Below the pieces are notes generated by a model, which was not told the origin of the DNA, did no database searches, and worked only from the letters and a program-made list of their open reading frames with translations. The translations under genes were made by a program, and so were the position numbers. Positions 28,266 to 38,300 of a stretch of 64,000 nucleotides of DNA are shown piece by piece (position 1 is the stretch's first letter; the number at the start of each line of letters is the position of its first letter). Source of the DNA: Candidatus Avispirillum sp. (GTDB taxonomy: Bacteria; Bacillota; Clostridia; Oscillospirales; CAG-272); the NCBI GenBank assembly GCA_045597805.1, contig JAZLKW010000077.1, positions 3,792 to 67,791 on the forward strand, written 5' to 3'.

Positions 28266-28305
28266 AGAAACAGACCGTGACACACGTCACGGTCTGTTTC
28301 TTTAC
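28263..28305. terminator. Strong bidirectional terminator
   Basis: taaagaaacagaccgtgac-acac-gtcacggtctgtttcttta. Confidence 0.85.
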
Positions 28306-28314
28306 ATTATAGCG

Positions 28315-29697
28315 TCAGCTGAGAAGCAGCAGCTTCAAAGCCATCATATCGGGAATACCGACCTTGCCGTCGGAGTCGATATCGGCGGCATCGACCTTGT
28401 CAAGGGTACCGAGAATTATCTGTTTTAAGAGATTTATGTCCTTCACCGTCAGCTTTCCGTCGCCGTCTATGTCACCGTCCGGTTTTTCATCAAAATACGA
28501 CTCGGGAATACCGCAGCCTGTACATATGCCGTCCTCGAAGCTGTGCACGTGCGCAGGGAGCCTCGATACCAAAGCGGGGCTTTCGACTCTTTCGGACAAG
28601 ATCCCCTCGGGAGGCGTGGGAAATACGCCGAGAACGAAGCTCTGTCCGGGTCCCGTGGGTATGATGTTCAGGTCGGGATACTGTTCAACGGTGTTGAAAT
28701 GTCCTTCTCCGCATAGTGCGTGCATGCCGTATCTTCCGTAGCGCGCGAAGACCATGCTGTCCTCATATATCTCCACCACAGTTGCCGTAAGATCGGCGTT
28801 TTCCGGGCTTTCACTGTTAGCAACGTATCCCACATATCCTGCGTTCATGTACGTGAAATTTAAGGTCTCCCTCGTATACTTATCGGTATAAGGGGTGGTA
28901 ACATCAGTTGTATCGGGAATAAGGATCGTACCACCGCGGGGCAGATATATGCTTCCGTTTCCGAGATAATTGTCAAAGCCCTTGGAATGGTTATGCCCGA
29001 AAATGAATACGATATCGAGGATCTCGCCGGCGCTGTTCAGTACATCGAAGAAATATCTCGAGTACATATTGTCGCCGAATCCGAAGCGTGACGATGTCCT
29101 TCCGCAGAAATGAAGCGGTACGTGGGTGCAGACAAACACGGGACGGGTGTCGCAGTCGGCGATCTTTTGTGTCAGGTATTCGTCAAGTTCCGCAGCTGCG
29201 TCGATAACGTACTGCTCGGAAGCTGTCACGCCCTGGCTCCAGGGATTATAGCCCTCAGTGTTGATAATATAAAGAATATAGTCCTTATATTCATAAGCGC
29301 CGGTGGCGTCCATATAATCGGGCAGGAACGGGTCGTGATTTCCCTGGAGCACGTGATAGTCCGTACCGTCGCCGAAGGTATCTGTGATGACCTTACGGGA
29401 TTCAACGACAGAGGCAGCCGTGTCCTCCTCGGGAGCATTGTAGTTGCTGTACCCGCTTATGTTGGTAACGTCTCCGCACAGTACGAAACTGTCGGGACAT
29501 TTTCCGTCACGGAGAACCGAACCGGAAATGTCAGCAAGTACTCTTTTCGGCAGGATCACTCCGTCAAGCTGATAGTCAGATGCGAACATAACTGTCGCCA
29601 GAGGCTCTACAGCGGAGGAATCTTCCGCAAAAACGGTAGCGGAAGAAAGAAATATCAGAACTGCCGCAAGAAGAAATGCCGTAATTCTGTGTTTCAT
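28315..29697 (-). CDS. Secreted calcineurin-like metallophosphoesterase with a C-terminal type-I dockerin
   Basis: Signal peptide, then GDVTN, LQGNHD, VCTHVPLH, FGHNHS. Dockerin DIDGDGKLTVKDINLL / DIDSDGKVGIPDMMAL. Confidence 0.85.
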   Translation of the reverse strand: MKHRITAFLLAAVLIFLSSATVFAEDSSAVEPLATVMFASDYQLDGVILPKRVLADISGSVLRDGKCPDSFVLCGDVTNISGYSNYNAPEEDTAASVVESRKVITDTFGDGTDYHVLQGNHDPFLPDYMDATGAYEYKDYILYIINTEGYNPWSQGVTASEQYVIDAAAELDEYLTQKIADCDTRPVFVCTHVPLHFCGRTSSRFGFGDNMYSRYFFDVLNSAGEILDIVFIFGHNHSKGFDNYLGNGSIYLPRGGTILIPDTTDVTTPYTDKYTRETLNFTYMNAGYVGYVANSESPENADLTATVVEIYEDSMVFARYGRYGMHALCGEGHFNTVEQYPDLNIIPTGPGQSFVLGVFPTPPEGILSERVESPALVSRLPAHVHSFEDGICTGCGIPESYFDEKPDGDIDGDGKLTVKDINLLKQIILGTLDKVDAADIDSDGKVGIPDMMALKLLLLS

Positions 29698-29711
29698 AGC
29701 GACTCCTTAAC

Positions 29712-30950
29712 TTATTTGTCGAATTCAACCTCTGCTACTCTTACGATGTAGTTGCAGCCGTAGGGATAACCGGTAGCGTTGACCCAAAGGTTCTCGCCGT
29801 TCTGTACAAACTGAAGTTCTTCGTCGTTGTCGGTCCATTTGACGGACTTCACGGTGCCCTTTACGTTCTTAAAGTACTTATATCCCAGGCCGCCGCCGGC
29901 GACCGTTACGCTTGCGTTGCCGGAAATGCTGAGATCGTGGAAGAAGAGGTATGCTTTTCCGTCCGCTTCGAGAGCAAAATTCTTATACTCACCGCGGATT
30001 TCGGAGGGCTTGCCGCGATAAATGCACTTGCCGCAGGTGTTTATCCATTTACCCATGCCCTCAAGGATCACCTGCTGCATGGGAACAATGTTGCCGTCGC
30101 CGTCGGGACCCACGTTGAGAAGATAGTTGGCACCGACCTTACGGCAGGCGCACAGGGTCTCTATCATCTCGGGGAGGCTCTTGTAATTGAGGTCGCCCGC
30201 GCCGTGTCCCCAGTGGTCGTTCATGGTGTGGCACATTTCGGCAGCTACGTATTTCGGCATTCCGTCGCGGTACATGGGAGTAGGTCTTCCCTGCTCGAAA
30301 GTTACGCTGTCGATTTCGGGATGGCCGGTGTTGCCCCTCGCGTCCAGACCGGTGTTATTGATGATGAGTGCCTCGGGCTGATGCTTTCTGATGGTGGCGT
30401 ACAGTCCGTCCTCGTCCCAGTCGCCCGCGGGTCTTGACCAGTTGCCGTCGAACCACAGACCGCCTATCTTGCCGTAGTTGGTGCAGAGCACCTCAACGCT
30501 TTGTCTGAGATACTCGAGGTAAGCTTTGAAATCGTTTTTGAAGGAGGGCTGATACCAGTCAAGGGTGGTGTGGTAAAACATGGGCATGATGCCCTCTGCG
30601 TTACAGCCGTCCACAAAATCGCGGATAAGGTCGCGGCCTGCCGCGGAGTGAGGCGCGTCATAATCGCACAGCCCCTTGGTATCATAAAGGGAGAAGCCGT
30701 CGTGATGACGGGTGGTGAGGGTGATGTATTTCATTCCGGCGGCTTTGGCGATCTTCGCTATCTTTCTGCCGTCGAAATCCTTTGCGGTAAAGGTCTTAGT
30801 GAGCTGGGAATACTCCTCAACGGGGATGTTGGCGATGTTCATGATCCACTCGCCGCGTCCCAGCTGGGAATACATTCCGAAATGAATGAACATTCCGAAG
30901 CCCATATTCTCAAAATCCGCTATTCTTTTTTCGGGTACGGGTATTGCCAT
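29712..30950 (-). CDS. GH29 alpha-L-fucosidase
   Basis: FGMFIHFGMYSQLGRGEW, TTRHHDGFSLYDT, GGLWFDGNW. Confidence 0.88.
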   Translation of the reverse strand: MAIPVPEKRIADFENMGFGMFIHFGMYSQLGRGEWIMNIANIPVEEYSQLTKTFTAKDFDGRKIAKIAKAAGMKYITLTTRHHDGFSLYDTKGLCDYDAPHSAAGRDLIRDFVDGCNAEGIMPMFYHTTLDWYQPSFKNDFKAYLEYLRQSVEVLCTNYGKIGGLWFDGNWSRPAGDWDEDGLYATIRKHQPEALIINNTGLDARGNTGHPEIDSVTFEQGRPTPMYRDGMPKYVAAEMCHTMNDHWGHGAGDLNYKSLPEMIETLCACRKVGANYLLNVGPDGDGNIVPMQQVILEGMGKWINTCGKCIYRGKPSEIRGEYKNFALEADGKAYLFFHDLSISGNASVTVAGGGLGYKYFKNVKGTVKSVKWTDNDEELQFVQNGENLWVNATGYPYGCNYIVRVAEVEFDK

Positions 30951-31060
30951 GGTATCAGTCCTTTCTGATTTTATATCTGTCTAAATGATACCATACAAAT
31001 GCGCGACTTTCAAGCGTATTGAAAAAAAGAATAAATAATATTAAATTTTCACGAAAACTA

Positions 31061-31089
31061 TTGCAATCGGGAAAGAGTTGTGATATAAT
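31061..31089 (+). promoter_or_regulatory. rplS promoter (extended -10)
   Basis: TTGCAA (31061-31066), a 17-nt spacer, then TGaTATAAT (31081-31089). Confidence 0.6.
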
Positions 31090-31177
31090 TCCAACGTATG
31101 CGGCTCCGGCCGCCGGAACGGTCCAATGCGGCTCCGTACGAACGTTCTGGATATCAAAAGAAAAGGAGATTGTCACA
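31090..31177 (+). promoter_or_regulatory. Structured rplS 5' leader (possible L19 autoregulatory leader)
   Basis: GC-rich paired segments (ccaacgt...acgttctgg; gcggctccggccgccgg) lie between the promoter and the RBS. Family membership was not verifiable by eye. Confidence 0.35.
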
Positions 31178-31522
31178 ATGACCAAACTTCAGGCTTTTGC
31201 TAACGAGCAGATGAAGGAATCCGTTCCTCAGTTCTCTATCGGTGATACAGTAAGAGTTCACAACCGTATCAAAGAAGGCGCCAGAGAAAGAGTCCAGCTC
31301 TTCGAGGGCACAGTTATCGGCAAGCACGGAGCAGGCGCTTCTGAGACCTTCACCGTTCGCCGCGTTGCTTACGGCTGCGGCGTAGAGAAGACCTTCCCCA
31401 TCCACTCTCCCAACGTTGTAAGCGTTGACGTGGTACGTGTCGGTAAGGTAAGACGTGCAAAGCTTTACTACCTGCGCGACAGAGTAGGTAAGGCTGCAAA
31501 GGTAAAGGAACAGATCCAGTAA
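31178..31522 (+). CDS. rplS: 50S ribosomal protein L19
   Basis: Start at MTKLQ (AAAAGGAG RBS). [28 protein letters not shown]...RRAKLYYLR. Confidence 0.96.
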   Translation: MTKLQAFANEQMKESVPQFSIGDTVRVHNRIKEGARERVQLFEGTVIGKHGAGASETFTVRRVAYGCGVEKTFPIHSPNVVSVDVVRVGKVRRAKLYYLRDRVGKAAKVKEQIQ

Positions 31523-31536
31523 TTCAGCTTACAAAA

Positions 31537-31566
31537 CAAAAATCTCTGCTCTGCAGAGATTTTTTG
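31537..31566 (+). terminator. rplS terminator
   Basis: aaaaatctctgc-tct-gcagagattttttg. Confidence 0.8.
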
Positions 31567-31577
31567 TTAGGTGGTAT

Positions 31578-32996
31578 ATGACTTTAAGACAAATCTATGC
31601 AAATAAGCCCTTCTGGAAACGGACGCTGAAGTTGGCGGTGCCCATCGCCCTGCAGAACCTGCTTGCCGCATCCTTCGCCATGGTGGACACCTTCATGGTG
31701 GCGGGGCTCGGCGGCACGGTGCTCTCAGCCGTGGGTATGGCGACCCAGCTTTCATGGGTCATGAACGGCATCATGTTCGGCATCGTGTCGGGCACGTCCA
31801 TTTTTGTTTCCCAGTACTGGGGTGCAGACGATAAGAGGTCGATACACAGGACTGAGGGAATAGCGCTTTTGTTCGCTTTTGTCCTCAGCTCTGTTTTCTG
31901 TGTACTCGGCTTTGTTTTCGCTTCCGATATCGTTGGCATCTATTCCGATACGCCGGAGATAATCAGCTGCGGCGCCGAATATGTACGCTTTGTGTGCTGG
32001 TCGTATATCCCGAACTCGCTGACCTTCGTGCTGTGCGCCGTGCTCCGTTCCACGGAGTCCGTGAAACTGCCCATGGTGATCTCGGGCTGCAATTCCCTTC
32101 TGAACGTATTTCTCAATTACTGTCTCATCGGCGGACATTTCGGCTTCCCCGAAATGGGTGCCCCGGGTGCGGCGCTGGCGACCTCCCTTTCCAACTGGGT
32201 CACGCTGTTCGCGCTGATATTCATTTGCTATTTTGGAAAAAACATATGCCGGGCGCCTCTTCGCGAGCTCTTCGGCTTCGGCGTCTCCCATGTAAAGGAG
32301 TTCCTTTCAAAAGCGATACCCGCCACGGCGAACGAGACTGTATGGGCTCTGGGCACCACGGTTATGAACGCCATACTCTCCAATATGGGTGACGATTACT
32401 ACGCAGGTGTGACCATACTCCGTACGATAGAGGACGTGGCGTTCGTCGTCTCCATAGGGCTTTGTAACGCATGCTGTATCATGGTGGGCAAGAGCGTTGG
32501 CGCGGGAGAAATACGCGCCGCCAAGGATGACACTGTGCGCTTCAACCTTATCATGCCCCTGTTCACCGTTTCCATCGGTGCTCTCATGATGCTCCTGCGT
32601 CACCCGATCGTAGACCTTTTCACCATGAACGGCGAATATACCCCTTTGGCCATAGAAGCCGGCATAACCTGCCTTACGGTGTACGCCGCCATAATGCCCC
32701 TGCGTAATCTTCCCTATCTGATGATAGTAGGCGTGTTCCGACCCGGCGGAGACGCGAAAACGGGCATGATACTGGATCTTATCCCTCTGTGGATCATCGC
32801 CATCCCCGTAACGGCTTTTCTCGCGTACTACGTGAAGCTCCCCTTTACTCAGGTATTTCTGTTCATGTATCTGCTGGAGGACATACCGAAAGATATAATG
32901 TGTATAAAGCATTATCTCTCTGAAAAATGGATACGTCCCGTCACCGAAGCAGGTATCAAAGGATATGAACGTTATAAGGAAAGCAGAGCAGGCTGA
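31578..32996 (+). CDS. MATE-family efflux transporter
   Basis: 12-TM protein. N-terminal LKLAVPIALQNLLAASFAMVDTFMVAGLG is typical of MATE/NorM. Confidence 0.88.
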   Translation: MTLRQIYANKPFWKRTLKLAVPIALQNLLAASFAMVDTFMVAGLGGTVLSAVGMATQLSWVMNGIMFGIVSGTSIFVSQYWGADDKRSIHRTEGIALLFAFVLSSVFCVLGFVFASDIVGIYSDTPEIISCGAEYVRFVCWSYIPNSLTFVLCAVLRSTESVKLPMVISGCNSLLNVFLNYCLIGGHFGFPEMGAPGAALATSLSNWVTLFALIFICYFGKNICRAPLRELFGFGVSHVKEFLSKAIPATANETVWALGTTVMNAILSNMGDDYYAGVTILRTIEDVAFVVSIGLCNACCIMVGKSVGAGEIRAAKDDTVRFNLIMPLFTVSIGALMMLLRHPIVDLFTMNGEYTPLAIEAGITCLTVYAAIMPLRNLPYLMIVGVFRPGGDAKTGMILDLIPLWIIAIPVTAFLAYYVKLPFTQVFLFMYLLEDIPKDIMCIKHYLSEKWIRPVTEAGIKGYERYKESRAG

Positions 32997-33012
32997 CGCC
33001 GCTCTGCTTTTT
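32981..33012 (+). terminator. Terminator overlapping the MATE gene stop
   Basis: gcagagc-aggctgacgcc-gctctgc followed by ttttt. Confidence 0.65.
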
Positions 33013-33036
33013 CATTTCAACATATCGGTTCAAAAC

Positions 33037-33065
33037 TTGACATATCACACAACTTATGGTAGAAT
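33037..33065 (+). promoter_or_regulatory. Promoter (extended -10) of the 625-aa membrane protein gene
   Basis: TTGACA (33037-33042), a 17-nt spacer, then TGgTAGAAT (33057-33065). Confidence 0.55.
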
Positions 33066-33118
33066 GATGTGATGAGGCAGGTTCTGCCGACACTTTCCCG
33101 TTCCTGTCGGAGGAAAAA

Positions 33119-34996
33119 ATGAGTTTCAGAAGAAAAAAGAAAGATACCGCCGCCCTGCTCGATGAGCGCCGCGGCCCGATGGAATCATCGGCACTCCAAT
33201 GGTTTATAGCTATCCTTATAACCGCAGTGCTTTTCGCGGGCGTTCTGTGGGATAACGAGGTATATTTCGTCACCAACGATGACGCCAGCATGCTGAAAAC
33301 CTTTGCAGGCATGGCATGGGGCACCCCCTCGCCAAAGCATAAGTTCTGCAACTACTGCTTCGGCATGCTCATGGCGGCTCTTTATAACGCAGTTCCGGGC
33401 ATACAGTGGTATACTTATACGCACTTCGCTCTGCTGTTCGTGGCATCATCCGCTCTCATCAAAAGCATTCTCGGCGCCATGGCACGGAGAAAACACTCCG
33501 TTTTCCTTTCCATCACCGTCAGCGCGGCTCTGTGCCTTATCGCCTTCGGGCATCAGGTGCGCTATCTCCAGTTCACAACGACCTCCGGTACCGCGGTCGG
33601 TGCCGCCGCAGTCCTTTTCCTTGCCACCACCCATGAGGTCGGCTGGCTGTCCAGATTCTTCTCGGGGCTGGTCTGCACTTTTCTCATTCTTGTGGGCTAC
33701 GGTATGCGACCCACCATGGGAAAAGGTATGCTGGTCTACTTCCTTCCCGCCGCGCTCTTCAAGCTGATAACCGCGTTCTTGAGCAGCGAAAAGGGTCACG
33801 TATTCGGCGGAGGTCTGAAAAAAATGATCGCACCCGTGTGCTTCGCGCTTGTGATCGCCTCCGTTATCTACGGTATGAACGCAGTCAACGCCAAATACCA
33901 GACCGAGGACGAGCTTGATTCCTATATCGAATATACGTCCTACCGTGTAAAGTATATGGATTACCCCACACTGTCGTATCAGGATGACCCGGAGTTTTAC
34001 CAGTCCATTGGCTGGACCTATGAGCTTTATTCCGCAACGAGAAGCTGGTATTTCCTTGACTCGAGATATAATACAGAGTCTCTTAAGGCTATCACCGACA
34101 GATATAACGGTTCTGACAAATACACCGTTGACCGCACCCCGGAAAACATTGTAGAGAAGGTAAAGACTGTCGTCTTCGACGATCTGCAGGGCTTCACTCT
34201 CACAGCTTTCAACGTTCTTCTTACAGTATTCATGTTCTTCGGGCTCATACACAGGATCATTTCACCTTGGACGGTTGAAGGAAAACAGCGTGCGCGCATG
34301 TGGTTCGCATTACTGCTCGCTCTGGGCACCACCGCCGGAAGCGCACTTCTTTGCCTGTATCTGGGATATCAGGGTAGATTTCTCAACAGAGTGTACTACC
34401 CGTTCGCCATAACAAACGCCGCCATGCTTGCGGTATTTCTGGCGGAGCTCCCCGACTTTATCCAGAGCTGGAGCCATAAAAAGAAATCCCTTACCGTATT
34501 TTCCGCCGCCACCCGTATCATCCGCACCTGCGCGGTCATAGTAATCATCCTCTTGGTCGCCGCAGTACCCATGAAAAAGGTGATCGTGGCGGACGGCACC
34601 ACCGCCGTCTCGCGCAAAGCGCAGGCAGACAGGCTCGGTGCGGTTACGGAGTACGTCGCCGAGCACAGAGAAAACATATACGTGTATTCCAGCTCGCTCA
34701 GCGGTGACAGACGTACGTATCTCCACGGAGAATGCAGTCCCGGAAATATGCTGTTCTGGGGTGGTTCCGGTATGTTTTCAAAAGGCTTCTACGAAGGCAT
34801 AAAGGAACATTTCGGACTTGACGAGCTCCATACCGAAACGCTCTTGAACGATAACGTTTATCTGCTGCTGACATACAATGAGGCGTCCCCCATGTCACAG
34901 ATACGACGATATTTCGATTCTCTCGGCAACGTACAGTGTATCGAATACGAGGATCTGGGCTGCGGCGTCAAGGTCATGAAGCTTATAGAAAAATAA
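33119..34996 (+). CDS. Uncharacterised polytopic membrane protein with an extracytoplasmic C-terminal domain; paralogue of 45902-48031
   Basis: GGAGG RBS and more than 10 TM helices. It shares architecture and N-terminal motifs with the 709-aa protein (D-D/N..[MI]...G, [FY]C, G[YF]xxR). Confidence 0.75.
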   Translation: MSFRRKKKDTAALLDERRGPMESSALQWFIAILITAVLFAGVLWDNEVYFVTNDDASMLKTFAGMAWGTPSPKHKFCNYCFGMLMAALYNAVPGIQWYTYTHFALLFVASSALIKSILGAMARRKHSVFLSITVSAALCLIAFGHQVRYLQFTTTSGTAVGAAAVLFLATTHEVGWLSRFFSGLVCTFLILVGYGMRPTMGKGMLVYFLPAALFKLITAFLSSEKGHVFGGGLKKMIAPVCFALVIASVIYGMNAVNAKYQTEDELDSYIEYTSYRVKYMDYPTLSYQDDPEFYQSIGWTYELYSATRSWYFLDSRYNTESLKAITDRYNGSDKYTVDRTPENIVEKVKTVVFDDLQGFTLTAFNVLLTVFMFFGLIHRIISPWTVEGKQRARMWFALLLALGTTAGSALLCLYLGYQGRFLNRVYYPFAITNAAMLAVFLAELPDFIQSWSHKKKSLTVFSAATRIIRTCAVIVIILLVAAVPMKKVIVADGTTAVSRKAQADRLGAVTEYVAEHRENIYVYSSSLSGDRRTYLHGECSPGNMLFWGGSGMFSKGFYEGIKEHFGLDELHTETLLNDNVYLLLTYNEASPMSQIRRYFDSLGNVQCIEYEDLGCGVKVMKLIEK

Positions 34997-35000
34997 ACAT

Positions 35001-35027
35001 AAAAGGCACGCAATTTACGTGCCTTTT
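35001..35027 (+). terminator. Terminator
   Basis: aaaaggcacg-caattt-acgtgcctttt. Confidence 0.75.
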
Positions 35028-35030
35028 ATA

Positions 35031-35059
35031 TTGACAAAAAATACTTATTATGATATAAT
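35031..35059 (+). promoter_or_regulatory. ileS promoter
   Basis: TTGACA (35031-35036), a 17-nt spacer, then TATAAT (35054-35059). Confidence 0.65.
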
Positions 35060-35065
35060 GCCATA

Positions 35066-35290
35066 TGATTTAAAGGCTTTGACGAAGACGAGTAGCGAAA
35101 AGGACTGATAAAGCGAGCCGGGGCGGGTGCGAGCCCGGTATCACGCTTTTCGTGAATATCACTTCCGAGCCGCAGGGTGAACATAAGTAACCCCCGCCGG
35201 TGCCTCACCGTTACAGGAGGAGCATATATTTGTATGCGGTGGTTTTTGAAGGTTTTATCCCTCTGTCCGTATGGCAGAGGGTTTTTGTTT
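35066..35290 (+). promoter_or_regulatory. T-box leader (Ile specifier AUC) with an intrinsic terminator
   Basis: GA/K-turn-like tgacgaagacgagtagcg. Stem I distal AGCGAGCC...GGGTGCGAGCC. Candidate specifier ggtATCAcg (35140-35142). A GCGGTGG T-box-like element. Terminator ccctctg...cagaggg+ttttt at 35259-35290. Confidence 0.7.
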
Positions 35291-35324
35291 TGTTAATAAT
35301 CATTTACCATATAAGGAGTTCACA

Positions 35325-38300
35325 ATGTACAAGAAAGTTCCGACAGACCTGAATTTCGTCGAGCGCGAGAAAGAAACTCTCAAGTTCTGGAACGAAGCGG
35401 GTATCACAAAAAAGGCTCTGCACGAAAGGCACGGTGACACCACCTATACTTTCTACGACGGTCCGCCCACGGCAAACGGCAAGCCGCACATAGGACACGT
35501 GCTCACACGTGTCATCAAGGATATGATCCCCCGCTATCACGCTATGAAAGGCGCCTACGTGCCCAGAAAAGCGGGCTGGGACACCCACGGTCTTCCCGTA
35601 GAGCTGGAGGTTGAAAAGCTTCTCGGTATAAACGGCAAGGAGCAGATTGAGCTTTACGGGATCGCTCCCTTCATCGAAAAGTGCAAGGAATCCGTTTGGA
35701 AATATAAGGGTATGTGGGAGGATTTCTCCGATACGGTCGGCTTCTGGGCAGACATGGAGGATCCTTACGTTACCTATCACAACACATATATCGAGTCCGA
35801 ATGGTGGGCACTGAAAAAAATATGGGACAAGGGGCTCCTTTATAAAGGCTTCAAGATCGTTCCCTACTGCCCCCGCTGCGGAACTCCCCTGTCCTCCCAC
35901 GAGGTGGCGCAGGGTTACAAAGATGTAAAGGAACGCTCTGCCATCGCGAAATTCAAGATTCCCGGTGAAGACACTTATTTCCTCGCTTGGACGACCACTC
36001 CCTGGACTCTCCCCTCCAACACAGCGCTCTGCGTTAACCCTGATGAAACTTACGTTAAAGTAAAGACAGAGGATGCAGTATATATTCTCGCTGAAAAGCT
36101 CTGTGATAAGGTTCTCGGTGAAGGTGCTTACGAGGTTATCGAAAAGTACGTGGGCCGTGACCTTGAGGGCAAAGAGTACGAGCCTCTTTACAGATTCGTT
36201 TCTCCCAAGGAAAAGTGCTGGTTCGTCACCTGTGATAACTACGTTACCATGGAAGACGGTACCGGTATCGTTCATATCGCTCCCGCATTCGGCGAAGACG
36301 ACGCAAGAATCGGAAGAAATTACAATCTGCCCCTCATTCAGCTCGTCAACGAAAAGGGCGAAATGACCGAAAATACCGACTGGGCAGGCGAATTCGTAAA
36401 AGACGCCGACAAGCTCATTCTGAAGAGTCTGAAAGAGCTCGGTCTTCTCTTCTCCGCTCCTAACTTCGAGCACAGCTATCCTCATTGCTGGCGCTGCGGC
36501 ACTCCCCTCATCTACTACGCCCGCGAGAGCTGGTACATCAAGATGACCGAGGTCCGCGACGACCTTATAAAGAACAACAATACCATCAACTGGATCCCCG
36601 AGTCCATCGGCAAGGGCAGATTCGGCGACTGGCTTGAAAACGTTCAGGACTGGGCGCTCTCCCGCAACCGTTACTGGGGTACTCCCCTGAATATCTGGGA
36701 GTGCAAGTGCGGAAAGAGACACGCCATAGGCTCCATTGAAGAGCTTAAAGCTATGTCCGACAACTGTCCCGATGAGATAGAGCTCCACCGTCCCTATATC
36801 GACGCTGTAACCATAAAGTGTCCCGACTGCGGCGGCGAGATGAAGCGAGTTCCCGAGGTAATCGACTGCTGGTTCGACTCCGGCTCCATGCCCTTTGCAC
36901 AGCATCACTATCCCTTTGAAAACAAAGAGAAGTTTGAAGAGCAGTTCCCCGCACAGTTCATTTCCGAGGCAGTTGACCAGACCAGAGGCTGGTTCTATTC
37001 CCTGCTTGCCATCTCCACCCTGCTCTTTGATAAGGCTCCTTTCGAGAACGTCATAGTACTCGGTCTAGTACAGGATGAGGACGGTCAGAAAATGTCCAAA
37101 TCCAAGGGCAATGCAGTAGATCCTTTCAACGCTCTGGAAACTCACGGCGCCGACGCCATCCGCTGGTACTTCTACACCAACTCCGCCCCCTGGCTTCCCT
37201 CCCGATTCTCCGATAAGGCAGTCACCGAGGGACAGAGAAAGTTTATGGGTACTCTCCAGAACACCTACGCTTTCTGGGTGCTCTACGCGAACATCGACAA
37301 TTTCGACCCCACCAAGCATCACCTCGAATTTGACAAGCTGACGGTTATGGATAAGTTCATTCTTTCAAGACTGAACTCCACCGTAAAGGACACCGACGCA
37401 AACCTTGCTGCATATAAGATTCCCGAAGCGGCAAAATGCCTTTCCACCTTCGTGGACGAGCTTTCCAACTGGTACGTCCGCCGCTCCCGCGAGCGTTTCT
37501 GGGTGTCCGACATGACCGACGACAAGATCGCCGCTTATATGACCCTCTACACCTGCCTCGTCACCCTCGCCGAAGCAGCTGCTCCCATGATCCCCTTCAT
37601 GGCTGAGGACATATACAGAAATCTCGTCTGCACAGTAGATTCCACAGCTCCCGAATCCGTTCACTTCTGCTCTTATCCTGACGTAAACGAAGCTCTTATA
37701 GACAAAAAGCTTGAAGAGGATATGGAGTTCATTCTCGACGCGGTAGTGCTCGGCCGATCTGCCAGAAACGGCGCCAACATCAAGAACCGCCAGCCACTGT
37801 CCGAAATCTGCATAAAGACCGACCGCGAGGTCAGCGACTATTACAAGGAAATCGTTGAAGAAGAGCTCAACGTTAAGTGTGCCACCTTCTCCGCCGACAT
37901 TTCTCAGATCTCCTCTTACAGCTTCAAGCCCCAGCTGCGCACCGTGGGACCCAAGTACGGAAAATATCTTGGCGGTATCAAAGAGTATCTTGCTAGCGTT
38001 GACGGCAACGCGGCTATGGCACAGATCGAGGAGACCGGCGCTCTCACCTTTGAGGTGAACGGCGATAAGATCGAGCTCACCCGTGACGACCTGCTCATTG
38101 ACGTATCTCAGAAGGAGGGCTGGTTCTCCGTTGCCGACAACGGCCTCACCGCAGCACTCTGCACTACGCTCACCGACGAGCTCATCGAGGAGGGCTACAT
38201 CCGCGAGCTCATCTCCAAGGTACAGACCATGAGAAAGGATTCCGATTTCAACGTCACAGACCACATCGCCGTCACGGTATGCGGAAGCGACAAGCTGAAA

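Noticed and set aside
35271-35324. The upstream ATG (35271) given as the ileS start in the ORF track.
   Set aside because: It lies inside the T-box terminator hairpin. The downstream ATG at 35325 has an AAGGAG RBS and gives the canonical IleRS N-terminus.
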